Notes under the pieces: model-generated | Seen by the model: only the letters and a program-made list of their open reading frames with translations | Told to the model about the DNA's origin: nothing | Databases searched by the model: none | Made by a program: the position numbers and the translations under genes | Assembly (NCBI GenBank): GCA_965237955.1 | Contig: OZ250169.1 | Span: 2,528,001 to 2,592,000, forward strand | DNA: 64,000 bases | From: Candidatus Marinacidobacterales bacterium | GTDB lineage: Bacteria; Acidobacteriota; Vicinamibacteria; Marinacidobacterales; SMYC01 | Reading direction: 5' to 3' | In this document: positions 22,122-31,722 of the stretch, one piece after another | How the letters are laid out: the number at the start of each line of letters is the position of its first letter | Numbering within the stretch: position 1 is the stretch's first letter

Positions 22122-23167
22122 CGAAGCGGCTCCGTGAGCGTATCGATGACGTGGTCCCATCCGATGCCTTCGACCTTGGGCCTGCCGGCCGCGCCCATGT
22201 CGCGGGCTTTCGAGCGGTCGGCATACAGTTTGTTGACAGCCGCTCCAAGAGCTTCCGCGTCCGGCTCGACGACGTAACCGGAGCGGCCGTCCTCGACGAA
22301 CTCGAGAGTGCCGCCGGAGTCGGTGCAGGTGATGACGGGCTTTCCCGACAAGAAAGCCTCCACGGTCACGTAGCCGTAGTCTTCGTCCACCGGGGCGTAG
22401 AGCACGCCGAACGCGCCCGCGTAGAGTGCGAGGAGCTCGTCGTCGGGAACGAACCCGGCGAAGCGCACTCGATCGCCGAGACCGAGCCGCTCGACTTGGC
22501 GTTCGAGGTTTTCTCGTTGTGGTCCGCGCCCGGCGATGACGAGGCGCGCGGGAGGATCCACGTGGCGGAACGACTCGATGAGAAGGTCGCAGCGTTTGAG
22601 CTGGTCGAGCCGCCCGGCGTAGAGGGCGTAGTCGCCGAACTCGCCTCGCTGGTACCGCCCCGCGTAGTGCGGCGGTGGGTAGAGCGGCTTGGAGCCGATG
22701 CCGTTGAATCGCTCGAGCCTCGCGGAGACGTTTTTCGAGATCGTGTAGATGTCCCGGGACTCACGCAGCGTCTTGTTGTCCATGTCGATGATGGTCTGGC
22801 GGATCTCTTGCTCTTCGGGATCGTCGGTGAAGCTGCAATAGGACGTGCCATAGAGATCGTAGACCTCACGGTGTTGGTGGAATAGCCACGTTACTTTCAG
22901 CGGATGCTTGACGAGGTACGAGGGAAACTTGGTCGGGATCACCATGTCGATGGGCGCGCCGTTCGACTCGGTGACTTCGGCGAAGCGCCACATCAGCGCT
23001 TGTTTGACGATATCTATTACCGGATACCACTTGAACGGGATGTTCACGACGTCGACGAGGAAGCCGCGCGCCTTCAGCTGCTGGCTGAGCTCACCGACGA
23101 GCATCTCGGCGCCGCCGGTAATGAACGGCGCCTGGACGGAGCAAACGCAGATGCTTCGCCGGGCCAT
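22118..23167 (-). CDS. glycosyltransferase family 4
   Basis: APFITGGAE, TKFPSY, GRLDQLKR, EDYGYVTVEAF. Confidence 0.9.
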   Translation of the reverse strand: MARRSICVCSVQAPFITGGAEMLVGELSQQLKARGFLVDVVNIPFKWYPVIDIVKQALMWRFAEVTESNGAPIDMVIPTKFPSYLVKHPLKVTWLFHQHREVYDLYGTSYCSFTDDPEEQEIRQTIIDMDNKTLRESRDIYTISKNVSARLERFNGIGSKPLYPPPHYAGRYQRGEFGDYALYAGRLDQLKRCDLLIESFRHVDPPARLVIAGRGPQRENLERQVERLGLGDRVRFAGFVPDDELLALYAGAFGVLYAPVDEDYGYVTVEAFLSGKPVITCTDSGGTLEFVEDGRSGYVVEPDAEALGAAVNKLYADRSKARDMGAAGRPKVEGIGWDHVIDTLTEPLR

Positions 23168-23173
23168 GTGCGA

Positions 23174-23818
23174 TTAAGGCTCTTTGTCGCTGGTTGCGGC
23201 GAGGGTCTCGAGACGTTTCGCGAGGTCTTTGAGCTCTTCGCGCGTTTCCCGGAGAGCGCTGTCGATCTGGAGATGGTTTGTCTCCGCCGTTTCGAACACG
23301 AACTCGATACGCTCGACGAGATCATGCACGTGGCGGATGAGCTCCTGCTGCAGGATCAGGTGCCGCTCGTCGATCTCTTCCATGCGCTTTCCGTGTAGCC
23401 CGAGCACGTGGTCGTAGTGGCGTCCCATTCGATCGAGCCGCGCGTCCACGTATTCGATCACCTCGTTGTCGAAGCGAACCTGCGCCGAATTCATTTGGAC
23501 CTGGCGTTCCACGACGGGTCCCAGGGCGAAGCGCTGAAGTAGCCGCCGGAATGGCGAAAACAGCGCTCCCAGGAAACCCTGTGGTTTGGCGCTGGCCACG
23601 TTCCACAGCGAGTTCAGGTCGTCGCGCGCGGGCGAGGAAACATTTTCGGAGGTGTCCTCGACGGCGATCTTCGCGAGCGCCGCAGTGGTCTTCGTTGCGT
23701 CTACCTGCTCCGGCATAGAGGGCCGCGCTTCGGGAGCGTCGCGAGCATCGCTCCGTACGGAGCGCAGGCTAGCGATCAGCTCACGCCGCTCGTCATCGGT
23801 TGGGCGGGTTGGGCTCAC
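23174..23818 (-). CDS. coiled-coil protein linked to glycosyltransferases
   Basis: heptad-rich C-terminus; co-oriented, 6 nt upstream of the GT4 gene. Confidence 0.65.
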   Translation of the reverse strand: MSPTRPTDDERRELIASLRSVRSDARDAPEARPSMPEQVDATKTTAALAKIAVEDTSENVSSPARDDLNSLWNVASAKPQGFLGALFSPFRRLLQRFALGPVVERQVQMNSAQVRFDNEVIEYVDARLDRMGRHYDHVLGLHGKRMEEIDERHLILQQELIRHVHDLVERIEFVFETAETNHLQIDSALRETREELKDLAKRLETLAATSDKEP

Positions 23819-23819
23819 C

Positions 23820-24125
23820 TGGCAAGTTTCTAATGTCCCATTTCGGCTGTCAATGAATTATGAGGGGTCATCCCCTCACTGAGACCGAATTTCGTAAAAA
23901 GGGTTTACATAAACATGACTAATATAGTAATATATAATCGTTCTTTCATAGGCGGTAAAAAGTGGACAGAGACTGTAAAGTTTCCAGGCTTTGTACGCCC
24001 CGAAGAAATTACAGTTTTTGCGCTAACCTGTTGTTTCTGAATAGCTTAATGTGGTGCGGTGTTTTTGGCACGGAACGTGAAGATACGGTTGACAGGGAAG
24101 CGATTGAGGAAAGGACAGGAATCAT
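23820..24125. promoter_or_regulatory. AT-rich divergent promoter region
   Basis: very AT-rich core (ctaatatagtaatatataatcg) containing TATAAT near 23933, between divergent genes. Confidence 0.5.
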
Positions 24126-25103
24126 ATGAGAGCACCGACGATTGCAGTCCCCGAGGAAGAGCTCGAGCTCGGTAAAACCCGTGCTGACGTCAAAAAGCGC
24201 GCCGAAGGGGCTGAACCGGCTACAGAGCTCGACGTACTGGGACAGTACCTCAAGGAGACGCACCGTTATCCTCTGCTTTCGCGCGAGGAAGAACAGAAAG
24301 TGTCGCGCGCTATGCGTCGCTCCGAAGCGGTTCTGAACGAGAAGAAGTCGGGCGCCGGACGACGCGGCGCGCGCAAGGAGTTCGACGACACCCGCGCCAC
24401 GATGATCGAGAGCAACCTCCGTCTCGTGGTCTCCATCGCCAAGCGTTACAAGAACATGGGGATGGAGCTCTCGGACCTCGTGCAGGAGGGCAATATCGGC
24501 CTCATGCAAGCGGTCGAGCGCTTCGATCCTCGCCGGAACCTCAAGTTCTCGACCTACGCGACGTGGTGGATCCGCCAGGCGATCACGAGAGCGCTGTCGC
24601 AGAAGTCGCGCACCATCAAAGTGCCGATCAACAAGCTCGAGATGGTACGCGTGGCGACCCGGGCCAAGAACAAGCTCCAGGAAAAGGACGGCAAAGAGCC
24701 GTCCATGAAAGAGATTGCCAAGGCCGTGGGAGCTCCCGAGCAGCAAGTCGAGACCGCGATGAAGTCGATCCCGCATCTCGAGTCGTTGGACGCGCTTGCC
24801 GTCGAGGACGGAAGCCCCCGCTGGGAGCTCCAGTCCGACGAGCGTTCCGAGACACCGTGGCAGGTCGTTCTCGATCGGGACATGCGCGAGAAAGTTCGCT
24901 CGGCACTCGAGCTACTCCCGCCGAGGCAGCAGCTCATCGTACGCATGCGTTTCGGCATCGGCTTCAACACCGAGTACAACCTCGAGGAGATTGGCAAGGT
25001 GTTGAACCTCACGCGCGAGCGTGTTCGCCAGCTCGAGGTCGAGGCGCTCCGCCGCCTCCGGGCCGCGGGCAACCGGCGCGCGCTTCACGATTACATTCAG
25101 TAA
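24126..25103 (+). CDS. sigma-70 family sigma factor (RpoD/RpoS-like, lacks region 1.1)
   Basis: NLRLVVSIAKRY, DLVQEGNIGLM.AVERFD, KFSTYATWWIRQAI, LTRERVRQLE. Confidence 0.93.
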   Translation: MRAPTIAVPEEELELGKTRADVKKRAEGAEPATELDVLGQYLKETHRYPLLSREEEQKVSRAMRRSEAVLNEKKSGAGRRGARKEFDDTRATMIESNLRLVVSIAKRYKNMGMELSDLVQEGNIGLMQAVERFDPRRNLKFSTYATWWIRQAITRALSQKSRTIKVPINKLEMVRVATRAKNKLQEKDGKEPSMKEIAKAVGAPEQQVETAMKSIPHLESLDALAVEDGSPRWELQSDERSETPWQVVLDRDMREKVRSALELLPPRQQLIVRMRFGIGFNTEYNLEEIGKVLNLTRERVRQLEVEALRRLRAAGNRRALHDYIQ

Positions 25104-25116
25104 TAATAGTGGCTGG

Positions 25117-25153
25117 AAAAAGGCGTGAAGTCCGTTGGGCTCACGCCTTTTTT
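25117..25153. terminator. bidirectional intrinsic terminator
   Basis: aaaaaggcgtga...tcacgcctttttt between convergent genes. Confidence 0.85.
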
Positions 25154-25161
25154 GTGTCTCG

Positions 25162-25182
25162 TATACGGCATACGGCATACGG
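25162..25182. repeat. (ATACGGC)3 heptamer array
   Basis: tatacggcatacggcatacgg. Confidence 0.6.
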
Positions 25183-25283
25183 TTCAAACTGGCCGTGCCG
25201 GTTTGGGGCGCCTTCGCCAGATTCTGCGTTGTGCCGGTAGTGCGCGCTTCTTGACCCCTGCCCCGAGTCGTATTTAGGTAGAT

Positions 25284-26427
25284 TTACCAACTCTGAGCGA
25301 AGTCTACCAGGATGTCACGGCAGCAGCAGATTTGTTCGGTGTCGCCCCACTCTTCTAGGCCGTGGAGGCCGGCGCCTCCGGGGCCGAAGACTACGGCGGG
25401 GATGCCGGCTTCGGCGAGGAGGGCGGAGTCGGTCCAGCCGGTCATGCCTACGAGGCTGCATGGGCCTTGCGTGCGCTCGACGGCCTCTTTGAGGCTTTGG
25501 GGGAGTGCGTCTTGCTTCGGATATCTCGAATGCGGGGCGGAATAGGCTCAAATCGAGCTCTGCTTCGAATGGGGGTCGCGGCCCAGGGCTTCGAGGATCT
25601 GCGCCATCTCACGGAGAATGCCATGGCGCGTCTCGCCGGGACGTGTCCGTCGCTCCAGGTCGAGCTCACACACATCGGGATAGGTGGACAGCTCGCGCCC
25701 GCCGCGGATCAGAGACGCGTGGACGGATGCGGTGCCGAGGAGCGCGTGCGGTGGGCGCCGGGAAAGCTCGACGCTATGAGCTTCGATGGCGCCGAGGACG
25801 CGGCCCATGTGAGCGATCGCGTCCACCCCTTCCGTGGGTCGACTTCCGTGAGCGGCCACCCCTCGCGTCACCAGGTGCATCCACGCGAAGCCCTTGTGGG
25901 CCACGACAACGTCCAGCTCGGACGGCTCGAACACGATCGCCATGTCGGTGGTGCGGATTCCCCACGTGAGGAGCGCGTCCGTGCCGGCTGAGTAAGCTTC
26001 CTTGTCGGCGACGCCGGCCACGATGACATCGCCCTTGGGTGGTGACTTTGACAGCACCACTGCCCCCGCGAGCATGGCGGCGAGCCCGCCTTTGACGTCT
26101 TGCGCCCCGCGCCCGAGAAGCCGGTCATCCTCGATGGCGCCCGAGAACGGCTCGCTCATGCCTTCGACGCTCACCGTGTCGAGATGACAGCACAGGAGAA
26201 TGCTCGGACCGCCACCGGTGCCGGCGATACGGGCCATGACATTGGGTCGGCCCGGTAGCGCGTCGCGGAGCTCGACGTCGAGCCCGCGGTTCTCGAGAAA
26301 ACCGGCAACGAAGTGCGCGAGCGCGGCTTCGCCTGCGGCGCCGGGCACGAGGCTCGGGTTCACCGAGTCGATGCGGACGAGGCGCTGGGCGAGTTCGAGG
26401 GTCTCCCGATCGTTCAAGGCTGTATCA
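25284..26427 (-). pseudogene. ArgE/DapE (M20) family deacylase, frameshifted
   Basis: HLDTV, GRGAQDVKGG, AAHGSRP; C-terminus continues in other frames (GWTDSALLAEAGIPAVVFGP / GAGLHGLEEW); the conserved EE reads KE. Confidence 0.8.
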
Positions 26428-26439
26428 TAGAGGCCGCTC

Positions 26440-26865
26440 ATGGCTGTGACCACCGTTCGTCGGTCGCTCGATTCGCGCGGCCACGGGCACATTCTCGATA
26501 TCACCTCTGATGTCGCCGAGGCTGTGCGCGATGCGGAGCTGAACCAGGGGGTGGCGACCGTCTTCGTGACCGGCTCGACCGCGGGGCTGACGACCATCGA
26601 GTACGAGCCCGGACTCGTTCACGATCTCATCGCCGCGTTCGAGCGCCTCTACCCGCAAGCGATGGAGTATCGGCACCATGAGAGGTGGGGCGACGACAAC
26701 GGACATAGCCACGTACGTGCGTCGATGCTCGGCCCGTCGCTCGCCGTCCCATTCGTCGATGACGAGCTGACGCTCGGTACCTGGCAGCAGATCATTCTCG
26801 TCGATTTCGACACCCGCCCACGCTCCCGGGAGTTCCTGATCCAAATGATCGGAGAAACGAGTTAG
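26440..26865 (+). CDS. yjbQ: YjbQ (UPF0047) family protein
   Basis: GSTAGLTTIE, DNGHSHVRAS, LGTWQQI..DFD. Confidence 0.9.
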   Translation: MAVTTVRRSLDSRGHGHILDITSDVAEAVRDAELNQGVATVFVTGSTAGLTTIEYEPGLVHDLIAAFERLYPQAMEYRHHERWGDDNGHSHVRASMLGPSLAVPFVDDELTLGTWQQIILVDFDTRPRSREFLIQMIGETS

Positions 26866-26867
26866 CC

Positions 26868-27146
26868 TCACGTTTCGGAAGCGTGAGCCTGACGCGCTCG
26901 ATAGCGCATGTTCAAAAGCTCAATGCCGAGACTGAAGATCATGGCGAAGTAGACGTAACCGCGCTCGAAGTGCTGCCCCGTTCCCTCGGCCACGAGCAAA
27001 ACGCCGATCATCACGAGAAACGACAGCGCGAGAATCTTGCTGCTCGGATGCTCCTCGACGAAGTCCCCGACAGGCGCCGCGAACACGAGCATGACGATGA
27101 CCGAGAGGATCACCGCCACGACCATGATTTCTAGATGCGGCACCAT
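26868..27146 (-). pseudogene. TerC-family membrane protein, C-terminal fragment only
   Basis: [27 protein letters not shown]...[15 protein letters not shown]; N-terminal part is absent. Confidence 0.8.
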
Positions 27147-27269
27147 TCACCAGGAGTCGAAAGTATCTCGAGCATGGAGGGGGCTACTTCCTTAGCGGCG
27201 GCGCTCGCAAGAGTATGCTAGGGTTCCGCCGATTACCCACGAGTATCTAGACCACCGAAGGGGGTTCCC

Positions 27270-28409
27270 ATGACGCTACGTTGGTTCGTTCTCACTGTGA
27301 TGATCGTGGCCGTCTTGGCGGGCGTGGCCTGGACTGCCGCCGACGATCCCGTCGCCACCGACATGGAACAAGGCGCCCAACGTTTTCTGCGAGCACTCGA
27401 TACCGGAAAGCGCGCGCAGGCGACGATCGCCTTCTCCGATGAAGAGCGCTACAACTTCCACTACATCCCGAGAGAGCGCCAAGGAATTCCATACAAGAGC
27501 ATGACGCCGGCGGAGCGCAAGCTCTCACACTCTCTCCTTGCGACCGGAGTGAGCCACCATGGCTTTGGAAGAGCGCTCGGCATCATGTACCTCGATCAGA
27601 TTCTGTTCGAGATCGAGAACAACGCCATCCGCGATGCGGACGCCTACTACGTCACCGTCTTCGGTGAACCGACCGCCGGCGCCGATTGGGGCTGGCGCGT
27701 CGAAGGCCACCACTTGTCGTTAAACTTTACCCTGCGCGACGGACGTGTCGTCTCGAGCTTTCCTTCTTTTTGGGGCGCGAATCCTGCGATCGTTCTTTCC
27801 GGGCCACAGAAAGGGATGCGCGTTCTTGCGGAAGAGGAGCTCTACGGGCGCGCGTTGTTGCACTCTTTCGATGAGCGCGGCTCAGTCATCATCGAAGCTG
27901 ACGCACCACGAGACATCATCACGGCGGCCGAGCGTCGCGTCGAGATCGGCGCTCCCGCGGGTATCGCGGTTGCGACCATGGGTTTCGAGCAGAAGGCGGC
28001 GCTCGAGAAGCTCATCGAGCTCTACGCCCATCGGCTACGTCCCGAGCTCGCCGAGGCGGAGATGCGGAAAATACACGAAGCCGGTCTCGACCGGGTTCAC
28101 TTCGCGTGGGCGGGAAGCTCCGACGTGGGCGAGCCGCACTACTACCGCATCCATGGGCCGACATTTCTCATCGAGTACGACAACACGCAAAACGACGCCA
28201 ACCACATTCACACGGTGTGGCGCGATCCTTCCGGGGACTGGGGCGACGCGGACCCGTTATCCGATCACTATGCGCGGAGCAGGCATCACGAATCCGCCGT
28301 CAGCCATCAGCCGAATCGGCCATCAGCCGTCGGCCATCAGCCATCCGCCACTGAACGTCTCGCCTCCGAGACCGGCGCCGTCGACCGGCAACGCTGTCGC
28401 TACTCTTGA
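27270..28409 (+). CDS. secreted DUF3500-like protein with a repeat-derived C-terminal extension
   Basis: signal peptide; WGWRVEGHHLSLNFT, HYYRIHGPTFLIEYDNTQNDANHIHTVWRD. Confidence 0.85.
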   Translation: MTLRWFVLTVMIVAVLAGVAWTAADDPVATDMEQGAQRFLRALDTGKRAQATIAFSDEERYNFHYIPRERQGIPYKSMTPAERKLSHSLLATGVSHHGFGRALGIMYLDQILFEIENNAIRDADAYYVTVFGEPTAGADWGWRVEGHHLSLNFTLRDGRVVSSFPSFWGANPAIVLSGPQKGMRVLAEEELYGRALLHSFDERGSVIIEADAPRDIITAAERRVEIGAPAGIAVATMGFEQKAALEKLIELYAHRLRPELAEAEMRKIHEAGLDRVHFAWAGSSDVGEPHYYRIHGPTFLIEYDNTQNDANHIHTVWRDPSGDWGDADPLSDHYARSRHHESAVSHQPNRPSAVGHQPSATERLASETGAVDRQRCRYS

Positions 28410-28460
28410 GCACAAGAATTTCCCTCGACGCCCCTGCTGATGGCTGATGGCCGATGGCGG
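28296..28460. repeat. inverted heptamer-repeat cassette (GCCATCA)n/(TGATGGC)n
   Basis: left arm 28296-28349, right arm 28436-28460. Confidence 0.8.
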
Positions 28461-28467
28461 GTTAGAC

Positions 28468-28600
28468 CTAGTCCCCTGGATCTTTGATTACTATACAAAG
28501 TTAGGCTTTTCGCCAGCCCATAAGATCCATAAGATTCATGCACTTAGAATGGTTTCGGCAAGCTCTGCTTTATCTAGTTTGTTCTGATACAGGGGACTAG
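28468..28600. mobile_element. MITE (133 bp) with CTAG ends
   Basis: ctagtcccctggatc ... gatacaggggactag; AT-rich interior with no ORF. Confidence 0.75.
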
Positions 28601-29988
28601 CCGAGCCCAGACAAGGGTTCTTCTTCCTGGTCTTTGCGCTTTCTCGGATCGGAGAGCGCGTAGTCCTTGATCTTTTTGTCGAGGGTGGGCCGGGTGATAC
28701 CGAGGATCTCGCTCGTGCGCGACTTGTTCCACCGCGTCTGCTTCAACACGTGATCGATGTAGCGATGCTCCATCTCTTTCATGCTGGTGAGCTCCTCGGT
28801 AATGAGACCGGCGCTGCTCTCCGTCGAACGCAACAGCGGTAGATGCTCGGCAAGCAGTACGTCCCCGTGGGCGAGGGTGACCGCGCGCGTCAGCGCGTTC
28901 TCGAGCTCGCGGATGTTACCTTTCCAGTCGTAGTTCACGAGCATCTTCATGACGCTCTCCGGCACTTTGCCAACGTTCGTGTGCAGCTGCCGGTTGATCT
29001 TCTCGAGGAGATACGCTACGAGATCGGGAATGTCCTCACGTCTTTCCCGAAGCGCAGGAAGCTTGATCTCGACCACCTTCAAACGGTAGTACAAATCCTC
29101 CCGGAAGCTACCCTCGCGCACCAGCTCTTCGAGGTTGCGATTGGTCGCCGCCACGATGCGGGCCTCGGTGCGCTGGGTCTTCTCGTCGCCGACGCGCGCG
29201 AACTCGCGGTTCTCCACGACCCGCAGGAGCTTCGACTGGAGATTCGGTGAGATGTCTCCGATCTCGTCGAGAAAGAGCGTTCCTTTCTGCGCGATCTCGA
29301 TCTTGCCTCGGTTGTCGCGCACGGCCCCGGTGAACGCGCCGCGCACGTGGCCGAAGAGCTCGCTTTCGAGAACACCTTCCGCGAGCGCCGTACAGTTCAC
29401 CGCGACGAACGGCTCTTCGCGGTTGACCGAGTTGTAATGGATGGCGCGCGCGACGAGCTCTTTGCCCGTTCCCGATTCACCGCGGATGAGCACCGTCGTC
29501 GTGCTTCGTGACAACATCCCGATGGTCTTGAACACGTCGCGCATCTCGGTAGTGCGCCCGACGATATTGTCGATGCTCCACGCCTGAGACGCCTCGGTTA
29601 CGAGGTAGTCGAGCTTCGTATCCATTTCCTGCATCCGCTGCGCCTTGCGGATACTCAGAAGGAGCTCGTCGTAGTCGATGGGTTTGCAGATGTATTCGAA
29701 CGCCCCGACCTTCATCGCTTCGACCGTGGTCTTCATGTCGTCGAACGCCGTGATCATGATGACGTAGGCTTTGCCATCCATTTCGCGGATGCGTTTCAAC
29801 ACGTCGATACCGCCCATGACTGGGAGGTGGATGTCGAGGATCACGAGGTCGGGCCGCACCTGCTCGAACTGCTCGACGCCTTCGCCTCCATCGGCGGCAA
29901 GCGATACGTCGAAGCCTTCGGTCGTTAGGTGGCTTTTGAACGTCTGTCGGATTAGCCGGTTGTCATCAATGACTAGGATGGACTTCAT
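28597..29988 (-). CDS. sigma54-dependent response regulator (NtrC/AtoC family)
   Basis: REC domain, GESGTGKE, GAFTGA, FLDEIGD, C-terminal HTH. Confidence 0.95.
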   Translation of the reverse strand: MKSILVIDDNRLIRQTFKSHLTTEGFDVSLAADGGEGVEQFEQVRPDLVILDIHLPVMGGIDVLKRIREMDGKAYVIMITAFDDMKTTVEAMKVGAFEYICKPIDYDELLLSIRKAQRMQEMDTKLDYLVTEASQAWSIDNIVGRTTEMRDVFKTIGMLSRSTTTVLIRGESGTGKELVARAIHYNSVNREEPFVAVNCTALAEGVLESELFGHVRGAFTGAVRDNRGKIEIAQKGTLFLDEIGDISPNLQSKLLRVVENREFARVGDEKTQRTEARIVAATNRNLEELVREGSFREDLYYRLKVVEIKLPALRERREDIPDLVAYLLEKINRQLHTNVGKVPESVMKMLVNYDWKGNIRELENALTRAVTLAHGDVLLAEHLPLLRSTESSAGLITEELTSMKEMEHRYIDHVLKQTRWNKSRTSEILGITRPTLDKKIKDYALSDPRKRKDQEEEPLSGLG

Positions 29989-31495
29989 GGATCTCCGTGA
30001 AACTTTCGCTATCGTCCGAGGCGCGGGTTGGTGTCGATGGTGTGTACGGAAGGCGAATCGTTATCGTGGTCCCCACGTTCGGTTCGCTCGCGACCTCGAT
30101 GCTGCCGCCATGAAGCTCTATTACTTTGCGGGCGTTCGTCAGGCCGAGGCCCGTGCCGAGGCTTTTGGTCGTAAAGAACGGATCGAAGATAGCTTTGAAG
30201 TCACCCTCTCTGATGCCGGCGCCGTCGTCTTCGATGGTCACCACCGCCCACGTGCCTGAATCCGTGTCGTGCAGTTTCGTCGCCACGTGGATGACGCCGT
30301 AATAGGAGACCGCTTCGGTCGCGTTCAAGAGCGTGTTCAAAAACGCCGAGCGGAGCTGATCGCCGTCGACTTCGATGGGCGCGAGGTTCGCGTAGTCTTT
30401 GACGAGCTCGATGCGCTTTTCTTCGACGGGCTCTTCCACGAACCGGATCGCATCCTCCACGAGATTCTCCAACTCGAACCTCTCTTTGTGGAGCTGAGGC
30501 GCTCGGGCATAGCTCAAGATGTCCTTGACGAGCTTTTCCACCTGCTGGACTCCGGTTTCCGCAATGCCTATCTGCTCGCGCTCGACATCGTTCAGTGCCG
30601 GGTGCTGGCCAATCTTCTGGATGTTGAGCTTGACCGCCGTCAGCGGGTTTCGAATTTCGTGCGCTAGAGCTGCTGCCAGGCGGCCGATGGTGGCGAGCTT
30701 CTCGGCTTCCGAGAGCTTTGTCGAAGCCTCTTCGAGCTTTTCGCGATCGTCGAGGATCTGCGCCGTCATGCGATTGAAGTTCGCCGCGAGCTCGCCGATC
30801 TCGTCTCCGGGCGGGATGTCGATGCGATGTTGCAAATCACCGTGGGCGACGCGGATGGTTCCTTCGACGAGGCTTTCGAGCGGACGGCTGATGCGGTTCG
30901 CGAGAAAGACCGAGCCGAGTGCACCAAAAGTGAGTCCGAGAAAACCGAGGCTGATGAGGCCGAGGCGCGTTCGCTGGATCTCGGCGTTCACTTCCTCGAG
31001 TGATAGCCCGAGTTTGACCGCGCCCCAGAGCTCGTCCTCGACGAATACAGGGGCGATGACCTCGAGAACCTCGACGTTGCGCCCGTCAGTCGATTCGAAA
31101 CCCAGCTCTCCCTTGAGGACTCGGCCGCGCTCGAGGCGCCCCATCTCTGCGCCCAGCTCGAACAGCTCCTCCGGGAAAAGCTCGCGCGCCGCTTTGTTCG
31201 CGGCCAAGGTCCGCGCATCGCGATTGAAGATGATCGCAAAGAGCACGTCCTCGTCTTCAGTAACGCGCTCGACGTTTTGCTGTAGCGCGACGAGATCGTA
31301 GAACATCAGCCGGTTCTCCGACAGATCGGCCATCATCTGCGCGATTGCGGAGGCATGCTCTTCGGCGCGTTCTTTCAAAGCCGCCGTCCGTTCCATCTCG
31401 ACGAAGAAGATGACCACACTCATCAGGAGAGTGATGAGCGCCGTGGAGCTCAGAATGAAGCGATCCCGCAGTCCCAGCGGAGCAATGCGCCACAT
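29966..31495 (-). CDS. membrane sensor histidine kinase with HAMP domain
   Basis: two TM helices, DEIGELA..FNRM, AHEIRNPL, FFTTK..GTGLGL. Confidence 0.95.
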   Translation of the reverse strand: MWRIAPLGLRDRFILSSTALITLLMSVVIFFVEMERTAALKERAEEHASAIAQMMADLSENRLMFYDLVALQQNVERVTEDEDVLFAIIFNRDARTLAANKAARELFPEELFELGAEMGRLERGRVLKGELGFESTDGRNVEVLEVIAPVFVEDELWGAVKLGLSLEEVNAEIQRTRLGLISLGFLGLTFGALGSVFLANRISRPLESLVEGTIRVAHGDLQHRIDIPPGDEIGELAANFNRMTAQILDDREKLEEASTKLSEAEKLATIGRLAAALAHEIRNPLTAVKLNIQKIGQHPALNDVEREQIGIAETGVQQVEKLVKDILSYARAPQLHKERFELENLVEDAIRFVEEPVEEKRIELVKDYANLAPIEVDGDQLRSAFLNTLLNATEAVSYYGVIHVATKLHDTDSGTWAVVTIEDDGAGIREGDFKAIFDPFFTTKSLGTGLGLTNARKVIELHGGSIEVASEPNVGTTITIRLPYTPSTPTRASDDSESFTEIHEVHPSH

Positions 31496-31499
31496 GATG

Positions 31500-31722
31500 C
31501 TAGTGTCCTGTATCAGTGGTTCGTTGCATAAAGCTCGAGGTCATTTTGTGTGCTGGCGAGGCGTGCCGACGACGTCATATCTGGATATTTCGAGCCGCCT
31601 TCCGCAGCGAGCCTGTCGAGCGGAGGGCTAGGCCGACGGCCGGACTGCAATGATGTAGCAACGACGCCAGCGCGCAAAAGGGGCCGAGATTTATGTGACG
31701 AACTACTGATACAGGGCACTAG
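31500..31722. mobile_element. MITE (223 bp) with ~33-bp terminal IRs and CTAG ends
   Basis: ctagtgtcctgtatcagtggttcgttgcataaa versus tttatgtgacgaactactgatacagggcactag. Confidence 0.85.

Noticed and set aside
24065-24081. TTGGCACGGAACGTGAA as a sigma54 promoter for the sigma factor gene
   Set aside because: The -24 box is good but the -12 GC is missing; not supportable.
25284-25570. Programmed frameshifting in the M20 deacylase
   Set aside because: Several indels plus a substituted catalytic residue point to decay or sequence error.
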